From: a virus
Strand: one strand, 5' to 3'
Length of the DNA: 64,000 nucleotides
Virus record (IMG/VR): IMGVR_UViG_3300025687_000022
A program made the position numbers and the translations under genes. This document shows, piece after piece, positions 49,845 to 57,474 of the stretch. Numbering within the stretch: position 1 is the first letter of the stretch; each line of letters starts with the position of its first letter. The notes under the pieces were generated by a model. The model did not search any database. It saw only the letters and a list, made by a program, of their open reading frames with translations, and was not told where the DNA came from.

Positions 49845-50560
49845 GGTTGGCTTCTCTTAGATGCGTTCAAAGCTTCCATAAACTTCTCGTATGCTGTGCC
49901 ACTGCTATCAGTTTTAAACAATTGTTGTAATTTTATTGGCAGCGACCTGCACAGCCAGAGGCTGAGGCTCGTCAGGCTCGTAAGCCCCTGGAGCCCGTCT
50001 ACGTTCTGCAGCGAATAGCACCCGGCGAGGCTGAGGCTCGTCAGGCTCGTAAGCCCCTGGAGCCCGTCTACGTTCTGCAGCGACTTGCAGAAGCTGAGGT
50101 AGAGTCTCGTCAGGCTCGTGCATTCCTTTATCCCGTCTACGTTCTGCAGCGACTCGCAATCGCTGAGGTCGAGGGTCGTCAGGCTTGTAAGCCCCTGGAG
50201 CCCGTCTACGTTCTGCAGCGACGAGCACCAGCGGAGAACTATTTTTTCTGTAATATTTAGCTCACTTAAGCCTGACAAGAAGTCAACATCTTGTATTTTT
50301 GACTCTGCAAACTGATCAATTACTTTTAGCTTTTCTAAGATCTGATCATTTTCTGTTGGAGCATTAACTTCAATATCTTCTTTCAATTGGGTATAAAAAG
50401 ATAATGCTTGTGCAAAGTAACCAGGATCATTGCCGCTTAAACGATCTAGAATTGTTAACGCATATTGTTTATATTCATTTTCTTGATCTTCATTTTCTGT
50501 TAAAAGTTTGGTTACTTCTTCTTTGATTATTTGCTTTAGTTTAGTTTTGGTTATTTTCAT
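49841..50560 (-). CDS. Leader-bearing LRR protein 8 (divergent type A, about 4 repeats)
   Basis: Same leader and LRR; lacks the DY-rich tract. Confidence 0.9.
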   Translation of the reverse strand: MKITKTKLKQIIKEEVTKLLTENEDQENEYKQYALTILDRLSGNDPGYFAQALSFYTQLKEDIEVNAPTENDQILEKLKVIDQFAESKIQDVDFLSGLSELNITEKIVLRWCSSLQNVDGLQGLTSLTTLDLSDCESLQNVDGIKECTSLTRLYLSFCKSLQNVDGLQGLTSLTSLSLAGCYSLQNVDGLQGLTSLTSLSLWLCRSLPIKLQQLFKTDSSGTAYEKFMEALNASKRSQP

Positions 50561-50563
50561 AAT

Positions 50564-51304
50564 TTATCTATCCCATACAGAATGATTTAGCCATCTATTT
50601 TTTATATCCTCAGCTTCATCTGATGTAACTATTCCGCTTTGGACTTGGTTATGTAAATAGTTTTGTATTAGCTCTTCGATACTTTTTTGTGATTTTGATG
50701 CCTCTGCTCTAAATCCTATTAAAAATGCAGGAGTCTCGCAAGCGCTTGTAAAATACTCATACATTGAATTATATTCTTTTGTTGGCAGATAAGTGCAATT
50801 TGGTCGCTGAAAAGGTCTACCATCTTGAGTAAAATGATGAAGCTCGTGCGCCACAACATTAAATAGCTCATTTTCAATTGAAGCGATGTTGGAACCAGAT
50901 AAGAAAAGTCCCGGTCTAATAGTAAAATCAACAATAATCTTGCCACCATCCTCAGAATAGTCTGAAGCACCATCTATATTCCAGCCAACATGATTGCTGT
51001 CAAAATTGGTTGGAGTAAAAATAACTTCTACTTCAAATGCAGGTATAGCATCCTCATAGTTATCACTCCAGACTTCAACATCAACAGGATAATCCCAAGA
51101 ATAAAAGAAAGTTTTTTTATGTTTTGTTTTCTTTCCAGTTGCTGGTAGTATTTTTAAAATATCTTCAACGATTTTTTCTACTGTTTCTTTATAATAAAAA
51201 TCAGCATCTTGTAATCTAAACTCTGGAAACTCCATATCAACCTCCAATAAGTTTAATATTTCTTCTTTGATTATTTGCTTTAAATTTGATTTGGTTATTT
51301 TCAT
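50564..51304 (-). CDS. Leader-bearing (MKIT class) zincin-like metallopeptidase
   Basis: MKITKSNLKQIIKEEILNLLE; VAHELHHFTQ...YFTSACETPAF. Confidence 0.7.
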   Translation of the reverse strand: MKITKSNLKQIIKEEILNLLEVDMEFPEFRLQDADFYYKETVEKIVEDILKILPATGKKTKHKKTFFYSWDYPVDVEVWSDNYEDAIPAFEVEVIFTPTNFDSNHVGWNIDGASDYSEDGGKIIVDFTIRPGLFLSGSNIASIENELFNVVAHELHHFTQDGRPFQRPNCTYLPTKEYNSMYEYFTSACETPAFLIGFRAEASKSQKSIEELIQNYLHNQVQSGIVTSDEAEDIKNRWLNHSVWDR

Positions 51305-52278
51305 GGTTGGCTTGTCTTAGATGCATTTAAAGCTTCCATAAACTTCTCGTGTGCTGTACCGCTGCTATCAGTTCCAAAATATTTTTGCAATTTTATTGGC
51401 AGCGACTTGCACTCTTCGAGGCTGAGGCTTATCAGATTCGTGCAGCCCTCCAGCCCGTCTACGTTCTGCAGCGACTCGCACTCGTAGAGGTCGAGGTTCG
51501 CCAGGTTAGTGCAACCCTCCAGCCCGTCTACGTTCTGCAGTGACTCGCACCCGAAGAGGCTGAGGCTCGTCAGGTTCGTGCAGCCCTTCAGCCCGTCTAC
51601 GTTCACCAGCGACCTGCAATAGCTGAGGTCGAGGCTCGTCAGGTTTGTGCATTCCTTTAGCCCGTCTACGTTCTGTAGTGACTCACACCCGTTGAGGTCG
51701 AGGGTCGTCAGGTTCGTGCATTCCTTTAGCACGTCTACGTTCTTCAGCGATGAGCACCCGGTGAGGTAGAGGGTCGTCAGGTTTGTGCAGCCCTCCAGTC
51801 CATCCACGTTCTGCAGCGACCCGCAATAGCTGAGGTCAAGCTTCGTCAGGCTCGTAAACCTCTGGAGTGCATCTACGTTCTCCGGCGATTTGAGTCCCTT
51901 CAGCCCGTCTACGTTCTTCAGTGATCTGCACCCTTTGAGGATGATTTTTTGTGTAACGTTTAGTTCACGTAAGCCTGACAAGAAATTAACATTTTTTTCT
52001 TTTATATCTGAATCTGCAAACTGATCAATTACTTCTAGCTTTTCTAAGATTTGGCTATTTTCTGTTGGAGCGTTAGCTTCAATATCGTCTTTGACCAAAG
52101 AATAAATCTCTACTCCTTGTGCAAAAGTGTCAGGATCAGGTGAAGATAGAAATCTGATTATTTTTTGTGCCGGCGTAAGTTCTTCCTCTTCATAATCATC
52201 ATATTCGTCTTGCTCAACAAGAAGCTTAACAACTTCTTCTTTGATTATTTGCTTTAAATCTGATTTAGTTATTTTCAT
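51301..52278 (-). CDS. Leader-bearing LRR protein 9 (type A, about 7 repeats)
   Basis: Same leader and 23-aa LRR. Confidence 0.9.
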   Translation of the reverse strand: MKITKSDLKQIIKEEVVKLLVEQDEYDDYEEEELTPAQKIIRFLSSPDPDTFAQGVEIYSLVKDDIEANAPTENSQILEKLEVIDQFADSDIKEKNVNFLSGLRELNVTQKIILKGCRSLKNVDGLKGLKSPENVDALQRFTSLTKLDLSYCGSLQNVDGLEGCTNLTTLYLTGCSSLKNVDVLKECTNLTTLDLNGCESLQNVDGLKECTNLTSLDLSYCRSLVNVDGLKGCTNLTSLSLFGCESLQNVDGLEGCTNLANLDLYECESLQNVDGLEGCTNLISLSLEECKSLPIKLQKYFGTDSSGTAHEKFMEALNASKTSQP

Positions 52279-53042
52279 GGTCGGCTTCCTTTGGATGCAT
52301 TTAAAGCTTTCATAAACTTCTCGTGTGCTGTGCCTCTGTTATCAGTTTTAAACCATCGTTGTAATTCTGATGGCAGCGAATAGCACATGCTGAGGTCGAG
52401 GGTCGTCAGGTTCGTGCAGCCCTCCAGCCCGTCTATGTTCTTCAGCGACGTGCACCAGCTGAGGTCGAGGCTTTTCAGGTTCGTGCAGCCCTTCAGTCCG
52501 TCTACGTTCTGCAGCGACTCGCACGCGCCGAGTTCAAGGTACGTCAGATTCGTGAGTCCCTGGAGCCCGTCTACGTTCTCCAGGGACGTGCACCAGTTGA
52601 GGTTGAGTCCCCTCAGGTTCATGCAAAAACTTAAAAAATCAACGTTTGTCATAAATTCATCTGTAATATCAAGATTCTCAATCTGAGCAAGCATATTTTT
52701 AACATGAACAGATTTTTTAGCAAAATAATTTAAAATCATCCCAAGTTCTTGCGGAAGATCAAATCCTTGTGTAGTTATTGAAGCACTTGTTGGGTCGAAA
52801 TCGATATAACTTGCAATTGTATCGATGAGTTGTTGATCTCCAAGGTCGTCAAGAATTCCAAGACCTAGCACTACATTAGCAGAATCATCTGAAGTTAGAA
52901 GCTTGATTATTTTTTGTGCGTAAGTAAGCTCTTCTTCTTCGTAATCATAATCATCATAATCATCATATTCGTCTTGCTCAACAAGAAGCTTAACAACTTC
53001 TTCTTTAATTATTTGCTTTAAAGTTGATTTGGTTATTTTCAT
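52275..53042 (-). CDS. Leader-bearing LRR protein 10 (type B, about 3 repeats)
   Basis: Same leader and 23-aa LRR. Confidence 0.9.
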   Translation of the reverse strand: MKITKSTLKQIIKEEVVKLLVEQDEYDDYDDYDYEEEELTYAQKIIKLLTSDDSANVVLGLGILDDLGDQQLIDTIASYIDFDPTSASITTQGFDLPQELGMILNYFAKKSVHVKNMLAQIENLDITDEFMTNVDFLSFCMNLRGLNLNWCTSLENVDGLQGLTNLTYLELGACESLQNVDGLKGCTNLKSLDLSWCTSLKNIDGLEGCTNLTTLDLSMCYSLPSELQRWFKTDNRGTAHEKFMKALNASKGSRP

Positions 53043-53069
53043 AATAATTTTCCTTATTATAACACAACC

Positions 53070-53076
53070 TAAATAG
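53070..53076 (-). promoter_or_regulatory. Candidate late-promoter motif CTATTTA (also at 25637, 31302, 37228, 45134; variant at 48091)
   Basis: TAAATAG on the + strand recurs in short intergenic gaps 5-30 nt upstream of start codons. Confidence 0.5.
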
Positions 53077-53187
53077 TAAAACAGGCACTAAAAAACACAA
53101 ATTTTGTTTTGTATTTTTTAGCACCATCCCAATACTCGTATTATTTTTTTCCGAGTCTTATAAAGCCTTTTAAACAATCGAGAGCAC

Positions 53188-53215
53188 AAAAAAAAGCGTA
53201 CCTTATCGGTACGCT
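53188..53215 (-). terminator. Intrinsic terminator downstream of thyX
   Basis: AGCGTACC-N5-GGTACGCT stem followed by a T-run on the minus strand. Confidence 0.8.
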
Positions 53216-53218
53216 AAA

Positions 53219-53923
53219 TCATTCTTCGTTCCTAATCCTACGATAAGCACCTACTGTTTCAGGGTATAAATCGGTCGCAATCTCCAAGCAGGCTTCAGCG
53301 ACTTTTACAATCTCCCATTGTGCCCCTTCGTGTGTGCGAAGGTCAATAAACTTCAAAAGGTTAGATAAATTGACTGTACCGTAGTATTCGGTGTAGAGGT
53401 TCTGTGGCAGAACTCCACGGGCTTGTTCTCGGCAAACGCCTGCTTCGATAAGATCATTGAAAAGCTGCAAACTAGTCTTATGATGGTGTTGAACAATCAG
53501 GCTAGCTCTTGGCAAAGCATACGGCATACCGCGAGGATCAATCAACTCTTCGGCATTACTTGCCTGTCGGTTGCTCTTGTGTTGTGTTCTGAATGCTTGA
53601 GGCTCATAGAACTGAATATTCACGTCAGTATACCTTCTACTAATTTCGTTATAAGACCATGTTCTATGACGATGGTGCTGAGAGCGTACAAATAAAGGAA
53701 CAGTAAACCTGAAAGTAATAAGATTATGTTCCAGGGTAGATGTATGCTTATGGCGAATTAGATAATTGATAAGTCTTTTATCTCTTTCATCCAGTTCTTC
53801 TTTTTCCACTCCAAATGATACACGAGCGGAATTAACTATAGTTAAATCAGATCCCATATGTTCAACATAATCTACTTTACCAATGTTGTCGTTATAAAGT
53901 TGTATGCTTTTATTATATTTCAT
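53219..53923 (-). CDS. thyX: Flavin-dependent thymidylate synthase
   Basis: VNSARVS, HTSTLEH, RHRTWSYNEISRRY (RHRx7SxR), REQARGVLP and HEGAQWEI. Confidence 0.97.
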   Translation of the reverse strand: MKYNKSIQLYNDNIGKVDYVEHMGSDLTIVNSARVSFGVEKEELDERDKRLINYLIRHKHTSTLEHNLITFRFTVPLFVRSQHHRHRTWSYNEISRRYTDVNIQFYEPQAFRTQHKSNRQASNAEELIDPRGMPYALPRASLIVQHHHKTSLQLFNDLIEAGVCREQARGVLPQNLYTEYYGTVNLSNLLKFIDLRTHEGAQWEIVKVAEACLEIATDLYPETVGAYRRIRNEE

Positions 53924-54189
53924 TCTTCGTTCTCCTCTACAATAATAAACTCACTATTACAACAATGTTCTCTTATTTCAACTTCGTCGCCTTCTTTGTA
54001 ACCTTTGCTATGCCAATAGGTATCGCAACCCTCGTTTGGTCCAATAACATAAGTTCCTCGGTAGATTGCTGACCCGTGTGAAATGCCGTTCTCATCAAAT
54101 AGAGTTCCAACTGGAACCATTTCTTCTTCGTAGAATGCTTCGGTTCCTTCCTTGAACCAAGTGTCGGGTTTGGCGAAGTATCTTTTCAT
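53920..54189 (-). CDS. Hypothetical protein
   Basis: Bounded by junction repeats; ends in ENEE. Confidence 0.65.
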   Translation of the reverse strand: MKRYFAKPDTWFKEGTEAFYEEEMVPVGTLFDENGISHGSAIYRGTYVIGPNEGCDTYWHSKGYKEGDEVEIREHCCNSEFIIVEENEE

Positions 54190-54201
54190 TCTTCGTTCTC
54201 T

Positions 54202-54399
54202 TTATTCATAATGATTACCACCAAAGACAAGGTTCAGTCCAAAATATTCTTCGTGTTCAGGGTTTTTGCGATAGAACTCTTGAGACTCAAGGATAATAGA
54301 CCATGGAATCATCACCTTAACTTTCATGCCGTGATCTTCAATCTCATAAATTGAATCTTTATTGTAATTGTCTACATCTTTAATTTTAGTAATCTTCAT
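54202..54399 (-). CDS. Hypothetical protein
   Basis: Starts at the junction-repeat ATG (54399). Confidence 0.6.
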   Translation of the reverse strand: MKITKIKDVDNYNKDSIYEIEDHGMKVKVMIPWSIILESQEFYRKNPEHEEYFGLNLVFGGNHYE

Positions 54400-54683
54400 T
54401 CTTCGTTCTCCATAAGTTCCCAATATCCTTCTGCTGAGACATAGTGATGGTCATGCCCAACAAGTTCAGAATAGTTTCTATTCCATTCTCTTTCCATCTT
54501 TGCTATACCTCCAGAGTTATTCACAAAGCTTTCTGAATATTTTTCCCAAGTTTCAGTTTCAGAAAATCTATCCAGTTCTTTTTGCAAACCTTTATGATCT
54601 CCTACTCGGGTCTTCAATTTCATTCTATACTTTAAATCGGTTCCTGTCAAGCCAATTTCAAGATAATATCTTGGTGCGCTCAT
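54396..54683 (-). CDS. Hypothetical protein
   Basis: Bounded by junction repeats; ends in ENEE. Confidence 0.65.
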   Translation of the reverse strand: MSAPRYYLEIGLTGTDLKYRMKLKTRVGDHKGLQKELDRFSETETWEKYSESFVNNSGGIAKMEREWNRNYSELVGHDHHYVSAEGYWELMENEE

Positions 54684-54880
54684 TCTTCGTTCTCCTTACC
54701 AAACAAGCCTTCAACTTCAATGAATAGAACATTCCTGCCATCCTTCATCTTTTTCTTTTTAGCATTGAGGGTTGCCTTAACGCCATTCAGAAAGCCAGTC
54801 TCGTATTTCATATCAAAAGGTTGTGGCAACAATAGCCAGCCAATAGAAAGACCACCTAAGAAAAATAATGTCTCAATCAT
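54680..54880 (-). CDS. Small membrane-anchored protein
   Basis: N-terminal hydrophobic helix; bounded by junction repeats. Confidence 0.6.
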   Translation of the reverse strand: MIETLFFLGGLSIGWLLLPQPFDMKYETGFLNGVKATLNAKKKKMKDGRNVLFIEVEGLFGKENEE

Positions 54881-55107
54881 TCTTCGCTCTCACAAGTACA
54901 TTCTTGGTCTGGATAACCGGCGTCACAATGAGCGCAGTTATACCACTTTGAGGTGTCTTTTGCTCCGAGTGCTTCAAACAACTCTTCTTCAAGTCTGAAC
55001 ATATCCCCTCTGAAATGTAGGGCTCTTTCAAAAGAACGGTCGGTCTTCTTGGCTTTTTCAAACGCTTTTTTGAGTTTTTGCAATAGTTGATAGTTACTCA
55101 TTCTCAT
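54877..55107 (-). CDS. Small protein with C-terminal Cys cluster
   Basis: CAHC...CTC; ends in ESEE. Confidence 0.6.
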   Translation of the reverse strand: MRMSNYQLLQKLKKAFEKAKKTDRSFERALHFRGDMFRLEEELFEALGAKDTSKWYNCAHCDAGYPDQECTCESEE

Positions 55108-55579
55108 TCACCTTTTGAATGTTTCTCCATTCAATTTCCAACCTTGTAGGCGCTGTCATAGGTTGTGATGTGACCATCTCGTCAGCAGACGGGACTCTAT
55201 GAACCTTTGCTGCTCTTGCTCTTCCCACTTCTTTGTGGGGACGATCATGTTTGATTGAATGAAATTCTTCGTGATATTGTTTCCGCAATTCCAAAACAAC
55301 AGGATCGTTCCCAATGTAAGTATCCAACCATTGCTCAAGCCAGTCATTCTTTCTTGCCAGTTCGGTCTTGTGATGAATCCCGATATCAACAGCCGCTTTG
55401 AGACAAGCAACCCTTGAAGGCAAACCTCCCCAATCTTCTCCTTCGATAATATCGTCAGAGCAGCCAATCGCTTTGTAGGTTTGGCGAATAATAGACTTTA
55501 GAGCGCCAAGTTGTTCTTTTAGATCACTAACCTCTTCTCTTAGTTCGTAAGATAGATCTTCAAAATAATCGTTCATCAT
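55094..55579 (-). CDS. Hypothetical protein
   Basis: ORF track; ATGA coupling with neighbours. Confidence 0.6.
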   Translation of the reverse strand: MMNDYFEDLSYELREEVSDLKEQLGALKSIIRQTYKAIGCSDDIIEGEDWGGLPSRVACLKAAVDIGIHHKTELARKNDWLEQWLDTYIGNDPVVLELRKQYHEEFHSIKHDRPHKEVGRARAAKVHRVPSADEMVTSQPMTAPTRLEIEWRNIQKVNENE

Positions 55580-55809
55580 TTACTCTCAAAGTTTATCATT
55601 CTAAGAAGCTCTACTGCTTCTTCTGGGTTTCTGCTAACTTGTTCCCAAGCGTACCGAGAAAGATTTTCGATCTTTTCAAGCTTCTTGATTAATCGATCTC
55701 GTTCTTCGTTCAAGAAATTAACTTGATCTCTCAACTCCTCGATGGTTTTGCCTCTTCCGCGAAAAGTGTCTTTGTTGTTTTCTGGTCTAATATCCATTAC
55801 TCTTCCCAA
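55576..55809 (-). CDS. Small coiled-coil protein
   Basis: ORF track. Confidence 0.55.
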   Translation of the reverse strand: MGRVMDIRPENNKDTFRGRGKTIEELRDQVNFLNEERDRLIKKLEKIENLSRYAWEQVSRNPEEAVELLRMINFESK

Positions 55810-56087
55810 CCTGCTGTAGTTGCTGCTCCGTCTCCGAATTCTTTCAGAGAATCTTCATAATCTTCTATGCCGTCCCTAAAGCCTTTCTCAAAAGCAACAA
55901 TATCAAGTGCCTCTGATACTGGTCTGCGAACATCAGCAATCCATTTAGTGAAAAGAATGTTGATTGGAATATCGTGGTATTCCGTGTTTAGACCTCTGTG
56001 GTATCCGGCATTGTAGGAATTGACCTGCCACCACTCAACCACATCATCCACCTTTCCAATGCAGATTTCATTACAAGGATTCTTCAT
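55797..56087 (-). CDS. Hypothetical protein
   Basis: ORF track. Confidence 0.55.
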   Translation of the reverse strand: MKNPCNEICIGKVDDVVEWWQVNSYNAGYHRGLNTEYHDIPINILFTKWIADVRRPVSEALDIVAFEKGFRDGIEDYEDSLKEFGDGAATTAGWEE

Positions 56088-56368
56088 TCTTCTTCCTTAT
56101 CGAGCACAATGCTTACTTTGATGTGGTCAAGTTCGAAGGGAGGGACGTACTCTATGGTGTACGAACCATCTTCGTTGAGATGAACTTTTCGAGGATCAAT
56201 CCTCTTGCCATCCATCTCAAAGCTGTTGCCGTAAACTAGTCGATCTTTTGCGATGAGTAAGGTTAGTGCTTCAGCTTCTTTCTTTCTTTGCAGCGGGTTG
56301 TCAGGGTGCATTGCCAGCATCGCGCAGAAATAGCACTCCTTGATATTCGCTCCATGTTCGCACTTCAC
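56084..56368 (-). CDS. Hypothetical protein
   Basis: ORF track; N-terminal CxH...CxxC. Confidence 0.55.
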   Translation of the reverse strand: MKCEHGANIKECYFCAMLAMHPDNPLQRKKEAEALTLLIAKDRLVYGNSFEMDGKRIDPRKVHLNEDGSYTIEYVPPFELDHIKVSIVLDKEEE

Positions 56369-57066
56369 GGCGCAGCCTCCAGCGCAGCCACGAGGGCTTC
56401 GGCTTCGGTCGCGCCCTGGACGCTCTCTCCGTCAGCCCCCAAAACAAACACCTCTCCACGAGATCGACCGGACATCGCCACCCACCTCTCCCAATCCGCT
56501 CCGGGGAGTTTGGCTCGCCTGACGACGAGCGCAGGCAACCCGTGAGCCTCTCGCACCAACTGCAAGATGCATCCCAGTGTGGCGGGGTCTTCGAGGTCGG
56601 GCAGATAATCCCCGCTACCGATCCCCGTAGTCTCAGTCACTCGCAGCCGAGTTGGCTGCGCCAGCATCCCTGGCATCCATCGCCAGTGCGGCGATGCAAC
56701 GGCGCGTCGGGATAGGTCGTCACTCATGGCTTCCTCGTTTGATTCAGCCATAGTATACCAGCCGCCAATCCGTCCGTCAAGTCTCGAAAGCAGATTCACA
56801 GAGGTATGAGTGTCATCTGGATCGGGCGAAATCTCTTGCAGTTTGTCATCAAGCATTTTAATCTCCTCTGCTGCTCTGCGACAAAGAGACTCAAGACGAA
56901 GAATCTCAAGAAAATAAACTTGTTCATCCAAGCGTCCGTATTTGGTGAGCATACGCTTCATAACGGCAGTTGCAGCAGATTCAGGGAAATACTTTTTTGC
57001 ATTTTGGATGATTTCATCGTCAGACATTTTAGCGATTTCCTTTGCGATTTGCTCTTCGTTGCTCAT
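56365..57066 (-). CDS. Hypothetical protein, apparent in-frame fusion of an AT-rich and a GC-rich gene
   Basis: Internal GAGG RBS plus ATG at 56727 (MSDDLSRRAVASPHWRWMPGM...PDLEDPATLGC) coincides with a sharp rise in GC. Confidence 0.6.
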   Translation of the reverse strand: MSNEEQIAKEIAKMSDDEIIQNAKKYFPESAATAVMKRMLTKYGRLDEQVYFLEILRLESLCRRAAEEIKMLDDKLQEISPDPDDTHTSVNLLSRLDGRIGGWYTMAESNEEAMSDDLSRRAVASPHWRWMPGMLAQPTRLRVTETTGIGSGDYLPDLEDPATLGCILQLVREAHGLPALVVRRAKLPGADWERWVAMSGRSRGEVFVLGADGESVQGATEAEALVAALEAAP

Positions 57067-57263
57067 TTCATAACCTCCACATAGCCAAGGGGCTCTTTTG
57101 TTATTTCACCATGTGACCACAAGATAGACAAACGGTCTTGAAAGTAATCGTTGTGGCGATAGAAGTCTTTTTCAATGTCTATTAAAATACCAATATCATG
57201 ATTTTTCTTTTTGAATTTTTCATCCCACTGACTTTTTGGTCTTACAAGATCACCGACTTTCAT
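57063..57263 (-). CDS. Small KOW/SH3-like protein
   Basis: Start MKVGDLVR at the junction-repeat ATG. Confidence 0.6.
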   Translation of the reverse strand: MKVGDLVRPKSQWDEKFKKKNHDIGILIDIEKDFYRHNDYFQDRLSILWSHGEITKEPLGYVEVMK

Positions 57264-57454
57264 TCTTCGTTCTCCTTGACAATCCATGTATGCCGACTGT
57301 AATCACATGACCTAATTTTCATCTTGTTCATTTTCAAAAGAAGAGCGAAGATCTCATCAAGACAATCGATAACAGAATCTTTGTTAAAAGTTTCACAGTC
57401 TCTTAGAGAGTTTATACTATTTTGCAGATGTTGCAAATCATTTGTTTCAATCAT
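57260..57454 (-). CDS. Hypothetical protein
   Basis: Start MIETNDL at 57454; ends in ENEE. Confidence 0.6.
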   Translation of the reverse strand: MIETNDLQHLQNSINSLRDCETFNKDSVIDCLDEIFALLLKMNKMKIRSCDYSRHTWIVKENEE

Positions 57455-57474
57455 TCTTCGTTCTCCTTTTATAT

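Larger units (their letters stand above)
53219..57466 (-). repeat. Dispersed gene-junction repeat GGAGAACGAAGAATGA
   Basis: + strand tcattcttcgttctcc or close variants at 53219, 53920, 54186, 54396, 54680, 54877, 57260 and 57451, and again at 62392. Confidence 0.85.

Noticed and set aside
35576-52686. Alternative-frame and antisense ORFs over the LRR blocks (MHEPDEPRP..., ...SPSTFCSD...)
   Set aside because: They are shadows of GC-rich, stop-poor 69-bp repeats. They start and end with the repeat blocks and have no evident RBS.
35329-53042. Diversity-generating retroelement as the source of LRR variation
   Set aside because: There is no reverse transcriptase in the window and no non-coding template repeat, and the differences do not look adenine-restricted. 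An RT elsewhere in the genome cannot be excluded.
54202-54399. MKITKIKD start as another class-1 leader
   Set aside because: It lacks the LKQIIKEE core and lies in the thyX operon; probably coincidental.
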